From Candidatus Shapirobacteria bacterium (GTDB lineage Bacteria > Patescibacteriota > Microgenomatia > UBA12405 > BS750m-G30), in NCBI GenBank assembly GCA_043817235.1, contig JBDRHA010000006.1, positions 78,401 through 142,400 on the forward strand: a stretch of 64,000 nt of DNA, read 5' to 3'. The first letter of the stretch is position 1. Each line of letters begins with the position of its first letter. The notes under the pieces are model-generated. The model was not told where the DNA came from, searched no databases, and saw only the letters and a program-made list of their open reading frames with translations. The position numbers and the translations under genes are program-made. Of this stretch, positions 29,354 through 38,851 are shown piece by piece.

Positions 29354-30283
29354 ATGTCCAAAGACCTGCCTTATTATTTAGCTTTTAACTTTTTTGGCAA
29401 AATCGACCCATCGCGCTTTAAAGTTCTTCTTGACTATTTTGGCTCAGCAAAAAGGCTTTGGGAAGCGACCCGAGCGGAGCTAAAATCCACGGGATTATCT
29501 GGCCGCCTTATTAATGATTTTTTAGAATTCCAATCGATTTTTGACCCGCAAAAAGTTAATTTTACTAAAGAAAACTGGAATATCCCTTATGATAATTTCT
29601 CCTGGTATAAAGAAATTAAAGATTACCAAAAATGCTTAGCAGGCAAGATCACTATCCTAACCTGGCAAGACAAACATTACCCCAAAGTTTTAAAAAATAT
29701 TATTAATCCGCCGCCGGTTTTGTATGTTAAAGGCAAACTGCCTTCTTCAAAAAAGGCTTTGGCCGTTATTGGTAGCCGCAGTGCGAGCGTTTATGGCCGG
29801 CAAAATACCCAAAAGTTTGTTCAAGATTTAGTAAAAAATAAGATTACTATAATTTCTGGCTTGGCCCGGGGAATAGACGCGATTGCGCACCAAACGGCTC
29901 TTGATAATAACGGCCAAACTATTGCCGTTTTAGGATCAGGAATTAACGTTGCTTATCCCTATCAAAATAAAAATATTTACTTAAAAATTATTAACGGCGG
30001 GGGAGCGGTAATTTCTGAATTTCCTCCTTTTTATCCGCCGTACGCGCCAAACTTTATCCAAAGAAACCGGATTATTTCCGGTTTGTCAAAAGCAGTTTTA
30101 GTGGTGGAGGCCGGAAAAAGATCCGGCAGCTTGGTGACGGCTCGGTTGGCAGGGGAGCAGGGTAGAGAAGTAATGGCCATTCCCGGGCCGATCAATTCGC
30201 CGCTTTCCGCTGGAACTTCTTATCTTTTATCCCAAGGAGCAAAACTGGTGACAAAAGTGGAAGATATCTTAGAAGAGCTCTAG
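29354..30283 (+). CDS. dprA: DNA-processing protein A (DprA/Smf)
   Basis: Rossmann-like core 'AVIGSRSAS...ISGLARGIDAIAHQTALD...GQTIAVLGSGI'. Confidence 0.85.
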   Translation: MSKDLPYYLAFNFFGKIDPSRFKVLLDYFGSAKRLWEATRAELKSTGLSGRLINDFLEFQSIFDPQKVNFTKENWNIPYDNFSWYKEIKDYQKCLAGKITILTWQDKHYPKVLKNIINPPPVLYVKGKLPSSKKALAVIGSRSASVYGRQNTQKFVQDLVKNKITIISGLARGIDAIAHQTALDNNGQTIAVLGSGINVAYPYQNKNIYLKIINGGGAVISEFPPFYPPYAPNFIQRNRIISGLSKAVLVVEAGKRSGSLVTARLAGEQGREVMAIPGPINSPLSAGTSYLLSQGAKLVTKVEDILEEL

Positions 30284-30292
30284 TTTCCCCTC

Positions 30293-30322
30293 TTGACAAA
30301 AACCCATATTAGACCTTATACT
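30293..30322 (+). promoter_or_regulatory. Sigma70-like promoter (TTGACA, 18 nt spacer, TATACT) upstream of the GC-rich candidate ncRNA
   Basis: Near-consensus -35 and -10 hexamers right after the dprA stop. Confidence 0.45.
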
Positions 30323-30328
30323 TCGCCC

Positions 30329-30684
30329 AGTGCTATTTGGCAATCACCTATTCCTTTTGACATTGGCGTCGAAAGAAGGTGGGTTGCTCACCGGGAGCCC
30401 TGTAGACCTTAAGGAGGTCAGATGCATAGAATCAGGGCTGTTTTACCGGAGGGGAGATAGCTTTTTTTGCCGGAATCAAGCCGCCGGCACCGGCAGGTAG
30501 CTTTTCTCTCCTAAAAAACTAGCGAGGGTCGGGCGGCAGGCCCAAAAGGTTCTTTTACAGGTGGTGCTGGGATCGGACACAGACGAGATCGGGGTTTCGC
30601 GCTTCTTAGCGCAGTTGACTCACTGTCATATACCCCTTTTTTCTTGTCGCTTTTTGTCCTCCCCCAGCACCACCCCAGTTTTTC
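30329..30684 (+). ncRNA. Candidate structured non-coding RNA of unknown class (about 355 nt)
   Basis: No ORF over 60 aa. About 55% GC in a roughly 38% GC background. Numerous local hairpins (UGCCGG..CCGGCA, GCGCU..AGCGC). Long-range 12-bp helix GGTGGTGCTGGG (30560-30571) / CCCAGCACCACC (30663-30674) followed by TTTTT. Confidence 0.35.
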
Positions 30685-30749
30685 AATCTTTTTTAACTTT
30701 CCCCACTAAATACTAAAATTTCTAATCTCTTCTCGACGGTGAGCAGATT

Positions 30750-31397
30750 TTGATAAAATGCAATATGAACGAAACAGATGAATTTCTAGAAAAATTGGGT
30801 ATTAAACCAGCCTCTTCGGATTTTAACGATTTTATTAGGAAAACTAAAGAAAAAGCAGAAAGATCTAGGCCCGGATCAGATCAGAGACTGGTAGACTCTC
30901 TTCGCACATTCAATAACGAAATTGCAACAAAAATAGATTTAGTTTACTACCCTTGTTGCGGTCTTGATATAAGTCCGTCAGTTGCTTTTCCTGAGAGCAA
31001 GGTTGTCTACGTGGATAGCGATCGGATGACTATTAATAAGCTTATCTTAGCGGGATACGAGGCTCATAATGCATCGGCGCTGGAATATCAACTTAAACAG
31101 AAGGCTGACATTGTATTAATAGTGAATCCTACAGATATTGATCTTAATAACATATGTCAACAAGCTGGCGGCAATGGTTTTGTTTTGTGCAATAACTACC
31201 ATGCAACCGCTACCGCCATGGCGAGTAATGAGGATTACGAATTGACCGGCTATCTTGATTGGAGTGAAGAAGAAAGTAAGTATGTAGAAGACAGAAAAGA
31301 AGCGCTTGAGGAAATGAGGAGCAAAAGAGATGTCGATATTTTGTTTGTTTTTAGAAGAAAAGCAGATGCGGAAGGCTTTGATCGAATATCTCAATGA
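30750..31397 (+). CDS. Hypothetical protein, possibly Rossmann-fold methyltransferase-like
   Basis: 'LVYYPCCGLDISP...KVVYVDSD' resembles SAM-MTase motifs I/II. Weak. Confidence 0.4.
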   Translation: MIKCNMNETDEFLEKLGIKPASSDFNDFIRKTKEKAERSRPGSDQRLVDSLRTFNNEIATKIDLVYYPCCGLDISPSVAFPESKVVYVDSDRMTINKLILAGYEAHNASALEYQLKQKADIVLIVNPTDIDLNNICQQAGGNGFVLCNNYHATATAMASNEDYELTGYLDWSEEESKYVEDRKEALEEMRSKRDVDILFVFRRKADAEGFDRISQ

Positions 31398-31705
31398 AGA
31401 TAATTTCCGTAGTTAATGTCTTTGTTAAGAAAAAATATAGCGCAACCAACCACTTATCCATCCCTGGTTATCCCCCAGTAATCATCTATATCTATAAAGG
31501 AAGAAAGGAAGAGTTTTGAAAGGAACTATTAAGCCAGCAGATAAAAATATTGAAAAAGCCAAATGGATAACGCCCAAAAGTCTTCTTGCTTCTCTTGAGA
31601 AAAATAATTATCCCCAAAATCAACTTGCCAAAATTAGAAAGTTTTTAGAATCTTGCTAGCCCTGGTCTTGCCGACGATGAAGGTGGATTTGGTAGAATAA
31701 AAGTA

Positions 31706-32374
31706 ATGAAGGATAGTTCAAAAGTAATTAGTTTTTCAGAATTTTTAGAGAATATTTTTCAACAAGCCGATATTGTTGCTTTGGGCGAGACGGTGCATGC
31801 AAAACACCTAGATATTTTTAAAGAATTTGACCATCTTAGCAAAAAAGTAAAAAATAGTCTTTCGGGAGTATTTTTGGAATTTCCTAATAATCTTCAGTCT
31901 TCTGTAAATCATTATTTAAAAACAGGTAAATTTAATAGTAATCTGTTGAATTTTCTTAAAGGAGCCGCCAAGGAAGGTAAAGATTTCCAAAAAATGTATA
32001 GGAGCATTTTTGGTTTTGCCCGAAAATTAAACATTCTCGTTATTTGCACTGATTCAAGTAAAGCACCCAATGGAGAATATCAAAAAAGATATCATCAAAA
32101 TCCTACTTGGTTTATGAAGGGAAAATCAAGAGATGAGGATATGGCTAATATTATTAAAAAGCAATACAGACAAAGAGAGGGCAAGTGGTTTTTTATCGCC
32201 CACTTGGGCCATGCTGGCTATGAAATTACTTATGATAATCATGTGCCGGCGGGAAAAATCCTAAAAAGAGAACTTCAAGATAAATATTATTGCATTGGTC
32301 TAGTTAAGCAAGAGGCAAAGAAAAACACGTTTAGGTCTACCGCCAAAATGGCCGATGCCTTTTTGATTATTTAA
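31706..32374 (+). CDS. TraB/GumN/Tiki-family protein
   Basis: 'ALGETVHAKH' (GTxH-like) and 'FIAHLGHAGY' motifs. Confidence 0.45.
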   Translation: MKDSSKVISFSEFLENIFQQADIVALGETVHAKHLDIFKEFDHLSKKVKNSLSGVFLEFPNNLQSSVNHYLKTGKFNSNLLNFLKGAAKEGKDFQKMYRSIFGFARKLNILVICTDSSKAPNGEYQKRYHQNPTWFMKGKSRDEDMANIIKKQYRQREGKWFFIAHLGHAGYEITYDNHVPAGKILKRELQDKYYCIGLVKQEAKKNTFRSTAKMADAFLII

Positions 32375-32392
32375 AACAAAGAGCAAGAGACT

Positions 32393-32418
32393 GTTTCGAT
32401 GTATCGATACATCGAAAC
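32393..32418. promoter_or_regulatory. Perfect 26-bp palindrome GTTTCGATGTATCGATACATCGAAAC (copy 2 of 2)
   Basis: Identical to 17859-17884. Lies between the TraB-like gene and topA. Confidence 0.6.
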
Positions 32419-32646
32419 ACTTGGGGCATTGCATCTTGCTGCAACTCTTTTAGCCTTGACTCTGTTTTAGAAAGCAAATTTTAGTAGAATTGAGGGATGG
32501 CCGAGAAAAAACATTTCCATCAAAAACTAGTTAGGGATAAGATTCCTCAAGTGATAGATGCGGCGGGTGGAGAATATGAAACGAGAATTTTTTTGGCTTG
32601 ATCTTCAGGCAAAGCGGGAAAGTAAATTTGCTATAGATTAGTAAAT

Positions 32647-34674
32647 ATGCTATTTTTTTCTGAAATTCTAATGAAAAAGTTAATTGTGGTGGAATCACCG
32701 ACCAAGGCCAAAACGATCGGTAAATTTTTGGGCAGTGACTATAGCATTATAGCGACTATGGGTCACATTCGCGATTTGCCGAGCAAGAGATTTGCCATCA
32801 AAATTACCGAAAAGAAGGAAATTCATTTTGAGCCGCAGTATAAAATTATTCCCAATAAAAGGGAAGTAGTGGATAAGCTAAAAAACAATATTAAAAAGGC
32901 AGATAAGGTGATTTTAGCGACAGACCCGGATCGGGAAGGGGAGGCAATCGCCCATCACGTATACGTGGTGGGCTCAAGTTCAAAATTCAAAGTTCAAAAT
33001 TCAAAGTTTTCCAGAATTGTTTTTCATGAGATTACGGAAAAAGCAGTAGAAGAAGCCTTAAAAAATCCTCATGGTCTGAACCAGGATTTGGTGAACGCTC
33101 AGCAAGCCAGAAGAATGTTAGACCGAATTGTGGGCTATAAACTTTCTCCTTTGCTTTGGCGCAAAGTAAGAAGGGGCTTGTCTGCCGGGCGGGTGCAGTC
33201 AGTGGCAGTGCGCCTAATTGTGGAAAGGGAAAGAGAGATTAAGAATTTTTCCCAAAAAGACTATTGCCGGGCTTGGGTGCTTTTTCGGACCCAAAAAGGT
33301 GGAGAGTTTTTAGCCGAGTTAATTAAAATAAAAGATAATAAAGTCGAGACAAAAGAAAAGTTTGATTTATTTGCTGGGAATTATCAAGTAGTTCAGACTA
33401 TTTTGGAGAGCGAGAAAGAAGCGGAAAAAATAATTTTGGATTTATTGGGCAAGCCAAAAATAGAAAGAATTGAAGAAAAAGAAAAATCTTATTACCCCTC
33501 TCCTCCTTTTACTACTTCTACTTTACAGCAAACTGCTTCTCGGAAATTTGGCTGGTCTTCGCGCCTGACAATGCAGGTGGCCCAGGGCCTTTATGAGCGT
33601 GGGTTGATTAGTTATCATCGCACTGACTCTACTAGCCTTAATCAGGATTTTGTCAGTAAAGCAAGAAATTATGTTAAGGAAAAATACGGCCAAAAGTATT
33701 TACCCTCGAAAGCGATTTTTTACAAGACAAAAACCAGACTTGCCCAGGAGGCGCACGAAGCTATTCGGCCGGTTAATAGCCAAAAAGAGAAATTGATTAA
33801 AGCAAATCATCGCGAACAAAGCCTTTATCGGCTTATTTGGCAAAGAAGCATTGCCTGCCAAATGAGTCCGGCCAAGATTGCGGCTACAAAGGTGATTGTT
33901 CAGGACGGGTCTTTGGAGTTTCAGGCAAACGGAACAAGGCTGGTTTTTTCGGGATTTTCTAAGGCCTATCCGATGGTTTTTTCCGAAAATAATTTGCCCG
34001 AGTTGAAAGAAAAAGAAGCTTTGGATTATATTCACTTGGGAATAACCTCTCACCAGACTCAGTCGCCGCCCCGCTACAATGAAGCTTCCTTAATTAGGAC
34101 TTTAGAAAAAGAAGGCATTGGCCGGCCCTCAACTTACGCGCCCATTATTTCTTTGATCCAAAAAAGATCTTACGTAGAAAAAGAAGAAAAAGTATTTTTG
34201 CCCACCAATTTAGGAATTGCGGTTAACGACTTTTTGGTCAGCAATTTTCCTAAAATTCTGAACCTTCCTTTTACGGCCGGATTAGAAAATGATTTAGACG
34301 AAGTGGCTAAGGGGAAAAAAGAATGGATGAGGGTTTTGGCAAACTTTTGGCAGCCGTTTATTAAAAAAGTGGAGCTGAGTAAAGAAAAAGCCGAAAGAGT
34401 GAAAATAGAAGTAGAGGAGCTGGATGAAAAATGTCCCCAATGCAAAAAGGGAAACCTAATAATTAGGATTGGCCCCTATGGTAAATTCATCGCTTGCTCG
34501 GCTTTTCCGGAGTGCAAGTATAAGCGTTCTTTTGTTGTGGAAGCGGGTTTTGTTTGCCCGGAATGTGACTCAAGCGCGGTGCTAAAAAGGACTAAGCGGG
34601 GAAAAACATTTTACGGATGCTCTAATTATCCTTCTTGCAAGTGGGCCTCTTGGAAAAAGCCGAAGAAAGAGTAG
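32647..34674 (+). CDS. topA: DNA topoisomerase I with C-terminal C4 zinc ribbons
   Basis: TOPRIM 'LIVVESPTKAKTIGKFLG', active-site region 'SYHRTDS...' (Tyr), C-terminal 'CPQCKKG...CSAFPEC', 'CPECDS...CSNYPSC'. Confidence 0.9.
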   Translation: MLFFSEILMKKLIVVESPTKAKTIGKFLGSDYSIIATMGHIRDLPSKRFAIKITEKKEIHFEPQYKIIPNKREVVDKLKNNIKKADKVILATDPDREGEAIAHHVYVVGSSSKFKVQNSKFSRIVFHEITEKAVEEALKNPHGLNQDLVNAQQARRMLDRIVGYKLSPLLWRKVRRGLSAGRVQSVAVRLIVEREREIKNFSQKDYCRAWVLFRTQKGGEFLAELIKIKDNKVETKEKFDLFAGNYQVVQTILESEKEAEKIILDLLGKPKIERIEEKEKSYYPSPPFTTSTLQQTASRKFGWSSRLTMQVAQGLYERGLISYHRTDSTSLNQDFVSKARNYVKEKYGQKYLPSKAIFYKTKTRLAQEAHEAIRPVNSQKEKLIKANHREQSLYRLIWQRSIACQMSPAKIAATKVIVQDGSLEFQANGTRLVFSGFSKAYPMVFSENNLPELKEKEALDYIHLGITSHQTQSPPRYNEASLIRTLEKEGIGRPSTYAPIISLIQKRSYVEKEEKVFLPTNLGIAVNDFLVSNFPKILNLPFTAGLENDLDEVAKGKKEWMRVLANFWQPFIKKVELSKEKAERVKIEVEELDEKCPQCKKGNLIIRIGPYGKFIACSAFPECKYKRSFVVEAGFVCPECDSSAVLKRTKRGKTFYGCSNYPSCKWASWKKPKKE

Positions 34675-34680
34675 GAGGTT

Positions 34681-34775
34681 GTCATCGCGATCCCGTGTGG
34701 GATTACAATGACAAGGCAGATTGCCGCGTCACTCCGTTCCTCGCAATGACAATACTTTCGCAATGACATTTGTTC
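34681..34775. repeat. Dispersed hairpin repeat copy ('gtcatcgcgatcccgtgtgggattacaatgaca...ctcgcaatgacaatactttcgcaatgacat')
   Basis: Same 'gtcat(c/t)gcga...cgcaatgaca' ends as the other copies. Confidence 0.7.
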
Positions 34776-34829
34776 GGGTCACGCCTGGTGTGTGATAATT
34801 AGTATAGTGTATTATAATAAGTATCAAGC

Positions 34830-36965
34830 ATGGAAGAAGAAACATTCCGCTTTTTGGAAATAAGGATTCCTAAAGACAATGAGTATACTGTTGAGCAGAC
34901 TCAGGCTTTGCTTAGCAACTTAAGTTTGTGGAAAAAAAGTTTTCTTTTTTTAAAAAAACCGCTTCCCGTTTCTTTGGAAATTGCTTGTATTGAGCAAAAG
35001 ATCTATTTTATTGTTGGTGTGCCCACGGCTCAAATTAATTTTTTCCAATCTCAAGTGCTTGCCCAATACAAAGACTGCTTGCTTACTCCGGCTAAAGACT
35101 ACTTGGCTAGCTTGAATAGAAATGAGTTTTCTGTTTTGCGTCTTTCTTTGGCTCGGCCCTGGTATTTACCCTTAAAAACTGCGGACCAGTTTGACCAAGT
35201 TGACCCCCTTTCTTCGGTTTTAGCGACTATGGCCAAAAACGCCAAAAGTGAAGACATTATTGTTTACCAGCTCCTCCTTTTGCCGGTATCCAAGGGCTGG
35301 CAGGCGAATTTAATTAATTTTGCCAACGCAGGCGGAGGAAAAGACGAGAATGGCCGCGCCTTAGCCCACCCTCAAAAAAGTGAAATAGAGCTTAAGGCTG
35401 CCCATGCTGGTTTTTGTGGTCACTTAAGAATCTTTTCTAATAATTCTGAGGCCTTGTCTGCTTTATCCGGAAGCTTTGGCGCTTTTGCCAGCTCTTCCGG
35501 AAACTATTTAACTACTGCCAAGCCTGGAAGTTTTTCCAAGAAAAAGTGGCAAAAGGCTTTTTTTGAACGAAAAGTAATTGGCAAAGGCCAAATCCTTAAT
35601 GATCTGGAGATTTCTTCTCTTTGGCATCTTCCAACGGCTTTAATTACTTTGCCTAATATTGCCTGGGGTAGAAAAATAGTTTCCGAGGCGCCGGAAAATC
35701 TACCCATTGCCGAAGGATTAGGAAAGGAAGAAAAACAACAAATTACCTTTATTGCTCAAACTGAGTATAAAAACCAACTGATGACCTTTGGAATCAAAAG
35801 GAAAGACCGCTCCCGCCATGTTTATACGATCGGTAAAAGCGGCACGGGTAAAACAACTTTAGTGGCTAACATGGCTATTGAAGATATTAGAAAAGGCGAG
35901 GGAGTGGGAGTAGTTGATCCGCATGGAGATTTAATGCAAATTCTGCTTCAATATATTCCTAAAAATAGGATCAATGATGTTTGCTATTTTAATCCGTCTG
36001 ACCCGGAATATACTTATCCGCTAAATCCTTTGGAGGTGAATAATCCCTCTCAAAGAGAATTAGTCGCTTCGGGAATTGTATCCATTTTTTACAAACTTTA
36101 TGGCGATTCCTGGGGGCCGAGACTAGAGCATATTTTGCGCAATTGTCTGCTTAGCTTAACGGCTGTGCCCGATACTACTTTGGGGGATGTTATTAGAATT
36201 TTAACGGACAGAGGCTACCGCCAAAAAATAGTGGAAAAACTGGACGACCGAACCTTAAAGGCCTTTTGGGAAAAGGAGTTTCAGGGGATGGGGGATCGGC
36301 TAAGAGCTGAAGCAATTTCCCCTATTTTAAACAAGGTTGGCCAGTTCGTTACCTCTCCTTTAATCCGCCAGGTTTTGGCTTATCCTAAAAGCCGGGTGAA
36401 AATTGAAGAAATTATGAATCAGGGGAAAATTTTACTGGTGGATCTTTCTTCCGGAAAAATAGGGGAGGACAACTCCGCTTTATTGGGAGCAATGATTATT
36501 ACTCAAATTCAATTAGCGGCGATGAACCGAGTTTATACTCCGGAGGAAAAAAGACGCGATTTTTACTTATATGTTGATGAGTTTCAGAATTTTGCTACCC
36601 GAGCTTTTATTAAAATTCTTTCCGAGGCCCGAAAGTTTAAACTTAATTTGACAGTGGCTAACCAGTATATGGCTCAGCTTGATGAAGAAGTGCAAAAAGC
36701 AATTTTGGGCAACGTGGGGAGCATTATTACCTTTTTGGTGGGCTCTAATGATGCTCAGGTTTTAGACAAAGAATTTGGCAAGGATTTTACTCCGGACGAT
36801 CTGGTTTCTTTAGGCCGCTTTCAAATACTGATGCGCTTGGCTATTGACTGGCAAACAAGCAATCCTTTTTACGCTGTCACCTTGCCGCTTCCGGATTGCG
36901 TTAATAAAAATCGAGAAAAAATTATTAAGATGTCCCAAATGCAGTTTGGGAGAAAGAAGAGCTAA
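34830..36965 (+). CDS. P-loop ATPase of the TraD/VirD4/HerA-FtsK (DUF87-type) superfamily with a 330-aa N-terminal domain of unknown function
   Basis: Walker A 'GKSGTGKTT', Walker B 'YLYVDEFQNF', 'ILLVDLSSGKIG'. The architecture resembles type IV secretion coupling / conjugative-transfer ATPases. Confidence 0.55.
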   Translation: MEEETFRFLEIRIPKDNEYTVEQTQALLSNLSLWKKSFLFLKKPLPVSLEIACIEQKIYFIVGVPTAQINFFQSQVLAQYKDCLLTPAKDYLASLNRNEFSVLRLSLARPWYLPLKTADQFDQVDPLSSVLATMAKNAKSEDIIVYQLLLLPVSKGWQANLINFANAGGGKDENGRALAHPQKSEIELKAAHAGFCGHLRIFSNNSEALSALSGSFGAFASSSGNYLTTAKPGSFSKKKWQKAFFERKVIGKGQILNDLEISSLWHLPTALITLPNIAWGRKIVSEAPENLPIAEGLGKEEKQQITFIAQTEYKNQLMTFGIKRKDRSRHVYTIGKSGTGKTTLVANMAIEDIRKGEGVGVVDPHGDLMQILLQYIPKNRINDVCYFNPSDPEYTYPLNPLEVNNPSQRELVASGIVSIFYKLYGDSWGPRLEHILRNCLLSLTAVPDTTLGDVIRILTDRGYRQKIVEKLDDRTLKAFWEKEFQGMGDRLRAEAISPILNKVGQFVTSPLIRQVLAYPKSRVKIEEIMNQGKILLVDLSSGKIGEDNSALLGAMIITQIQLAAMNRVYTPEEKRRDFYLYVDEFQNFATRAFIKILSEARKFKLNLTVANQYMAQLDEEVQKAILGNVGSIITFLVGSNDAQVLDKEFGKDFTPDDLVSLGRFQILMRLAIDWQTSNPFYAVTLPLPDCVNKNREKIIKMSQMQFGRKKS

Positions 36966-37855
36966 AAACCAACTAGCTCGATTTCTAATTCTAAATCAAT
37001 TTCAAATTTATTTTTAACCTCTTTTTGGATAAGTTCGATTAATTTAAAAACATCACTGGCGGTGGCGTTTTGGTCGTTAATAATATAATTCGCATGCAAA
37101 TCAGAAACCATTGCCCCGCCAATTCTTTTTCCTTTAAGATTAGCCTTGTCAATAAGCATGCCGGCGTAGTTATCTTTCGGATTTTTAAAAATACAGCCAG
37201 CGCCAAATCCTTTAGGCTCAGCAGCTGATCTTTTTTTAAGTTTAATTTCTATTACTTTTTTAATATCTGCGGGGTCGCTTTCTTGAAGCTGAAAAATGCT
37301 TTTAAGAATAATCGGCCTTTTCTCTAAAGAGGTTTTTTTAATCTTGCTGGTGCGATATTCAAAGCTTAGGAAACTTCTATTAACTGTTGTAATTTTACCT
37401 TGGGCAGTAAGCAAACTGGCCTTTTTAAAAACATCAGCTATGCATCCGCCATAAAAAGGTTCTTGGGGGGTGCCCGCATTATTGCAAATTGCACCTCCGA
37501 TAGTTCCCGGAATACCAGTCAAAAATTCCAAACCGGAGAGGCCGTTTTCTTGGCAAAAGTTCAAAGCTTCGGCGGTTAAGATGCCGGAAGAAACTTTAAG
37601 ACAGTTGTTTTTTAATTTTTTTATCTCTCGGTAAGAGTTTTTTACGACCAAGCCCCTAAAACCCCGATCACTAATAAGCAGATTTGATCCAACGCCGAGC
37701 AAAAATAGAGGAATTTTAAGTCGGCAGGCTAGTTTTTGGGCTTGGATTAGCTCTTCAGCACCGAGCGCTTCATAAAAATAATCCGCCGGGCCGCCGATTC
37801 TAAAGCTCGTGCATTCTTTTAAGCTAATATTTTTTTCGAGCTGACCCTTATTCAT
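36962..37855 (-). CDS. murB: UDP-N-acetylenolpyruvoylglucosamine reductase
   Basis: FAD-binding 'FRIGGPADYF', C-terminal MurB domain. The start is taken at the internal Met (MNKGQLEK), not the longer ORF that reaches 37912. Confidence 0.8.
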   Translation of the reverse strand: MNKGQLEKNISLKECTSFRIGGPADYFYEALGAEELIQAQKLACRLKIPLFLLGVGSNLLISDRGFRGLVVKNSYREIKKLKNNCLKVSSGILTAEALNFCQENGLSGLEFLTGIPGTIGGAICNNAGTPQEPFYGGCIADVFKKASLLTAQGKITTVNRSFLSFEYRTSKIKKTSLEKRPIILKSIFQLQESDPADIKKVIEIKLKKRSAAEPKGFGAGCIFKNPKDNYAGMLIDKANLKGKRIGGAMVSDLHANYIINDQNATASDVFKLIELIQKEVKNKFEIDLELEIELVGF

Positions 37856-37871
37856 ATTAGTTCCTATTATA

Positions 37872-38672
37872 TTATATAGATTCCCACAGGAAATGATCGT
37901 GCGGAGGATCAAGGTCCTGGTTGAAATGTATCATGTGCTGGAATTCATGAACCAGAACAGATTTGAAGTCTTCGGACGCTAGGCCTATCCCATCAACCTG
38001 AGAAAGATTGATGTAGAACATCTCTCTTTCATTGGACCTAAGCTCTCCCCACCGCCCTGCGTCGACTGGATCGGGATATTCGTCTACCATGAAAAACACA
38101 CCAAGCCAATTGGGGTTGGTCACATCGTGGTTCTGTTGCAATAGAATTGTGAGCCTCTCGTCACCATCTCTTCCGGGTTTCCATTCGCCCCCGAACGTTG
38201 CCACAACCTTCTCATAGTCCTTGTCGAAGGCGCTAGCGAGGGCATCGAGAGCCTCTTCTGACACAGCCTGACCGTTTTCCACATACAGGTAAGCATGCGT
38301 ACCCGTAACCTGCAGAGTAGCAGTGATTTGCATCTGCGTGTATGTGCCATTGCTGCTCGTCAGGACCCAAAACGGCCTCTGCTCACCTACCTGTTCGGTT
38401 ATCACTCGTCCGGCCGCGTCTACTTTCCCCGCCGCCGAGAGTTCTGCAAGTGTTGGATCTGGACAGGGCACATTCCTGCTAACCCAATCAGCCAGCTCAT
38501 GCAACCTGGCCGTCCCACAAAACGCCCCCGCATTAAGTCCAGAGGCAGCAGGCAAGGAGCTAGGCTCTTGAGCCCAAACTGGCCAGTCAATCGATAGGAG
38601 AATGAATGAGACCATAACCAACGCAAACACAGAACCAACGGAGCCGAACCACTTTCTTCTTGACTGGATCAT
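37872..38672 (-). CDS. Secreted zinc metalloprotease-like protein (HExxH), probably C-terminally truncated at the island junction
   Basis: N-terminal TM/signal 'VFALVMVSFILLSIDWPVWA'. 'HEFQHMIH' motif only about 17 aa from the stop. The GC-rich coding sequence ends within two codons of the AT-rich flank. Confidence 0.45.
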   Translation of the reverse strand: MIQSRRKWFGSVGSVFALVMVSFILLSIDWPVWAQEPSSLPAASGLNAGAFCGTARLHELADWVSRNVPCPDPTLAELSAAGKVDAAGRVITEQVGEQRPFWVLTSSNGTYTQMQITATLQVTGTHAYLYVENGQAVSEEALDALASAFDKDYEKVVATFGGEWKPGRDGDERLTILLQQNHDVTNPNWLGVFFMVDEYPDPVDAGRWGELRSNEREMFYINLSQVDGIGLASEDFKSVLVHEFQHMIHFNQDLDPPHDHFLWESI

Positions 38673-38851
38673 TGCGATGCCTCCTGTGTGCTAATGGAAG
38701 CTAGAGAAGTACGGCAATAACGACCAAACAAGGAATGCAAGCGGCATGCATAGCCCATCGGCCGCCATCGAACCCACCGAGCTCTACACGGTTACTGTGG
38801 CGAGGTCGCAGCCTTGACCTTTCCTCAGCAAATTATCTCACGTGCTAGCAG

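Noticed and set aside
31400-31700. About 47-aa ORF (31516-31659, 'LKGTIKPADKNIEKAKWITPKSLLASLEKNNYPQNQLAKIRKFLESC')
   Set aside because: It has a TTG start, no Shine-Dalgarno and no similarity I recognise. It may be a gene fragment, with insufficient support.
7760-34775. Possibility that the dispersed repeats form a CRISPR array
   Set aside because: The units are imperfect palindromes of varying type, not regularly spaced, and scattered over more than 50 kb. There are no uniform spacers or cas genes.
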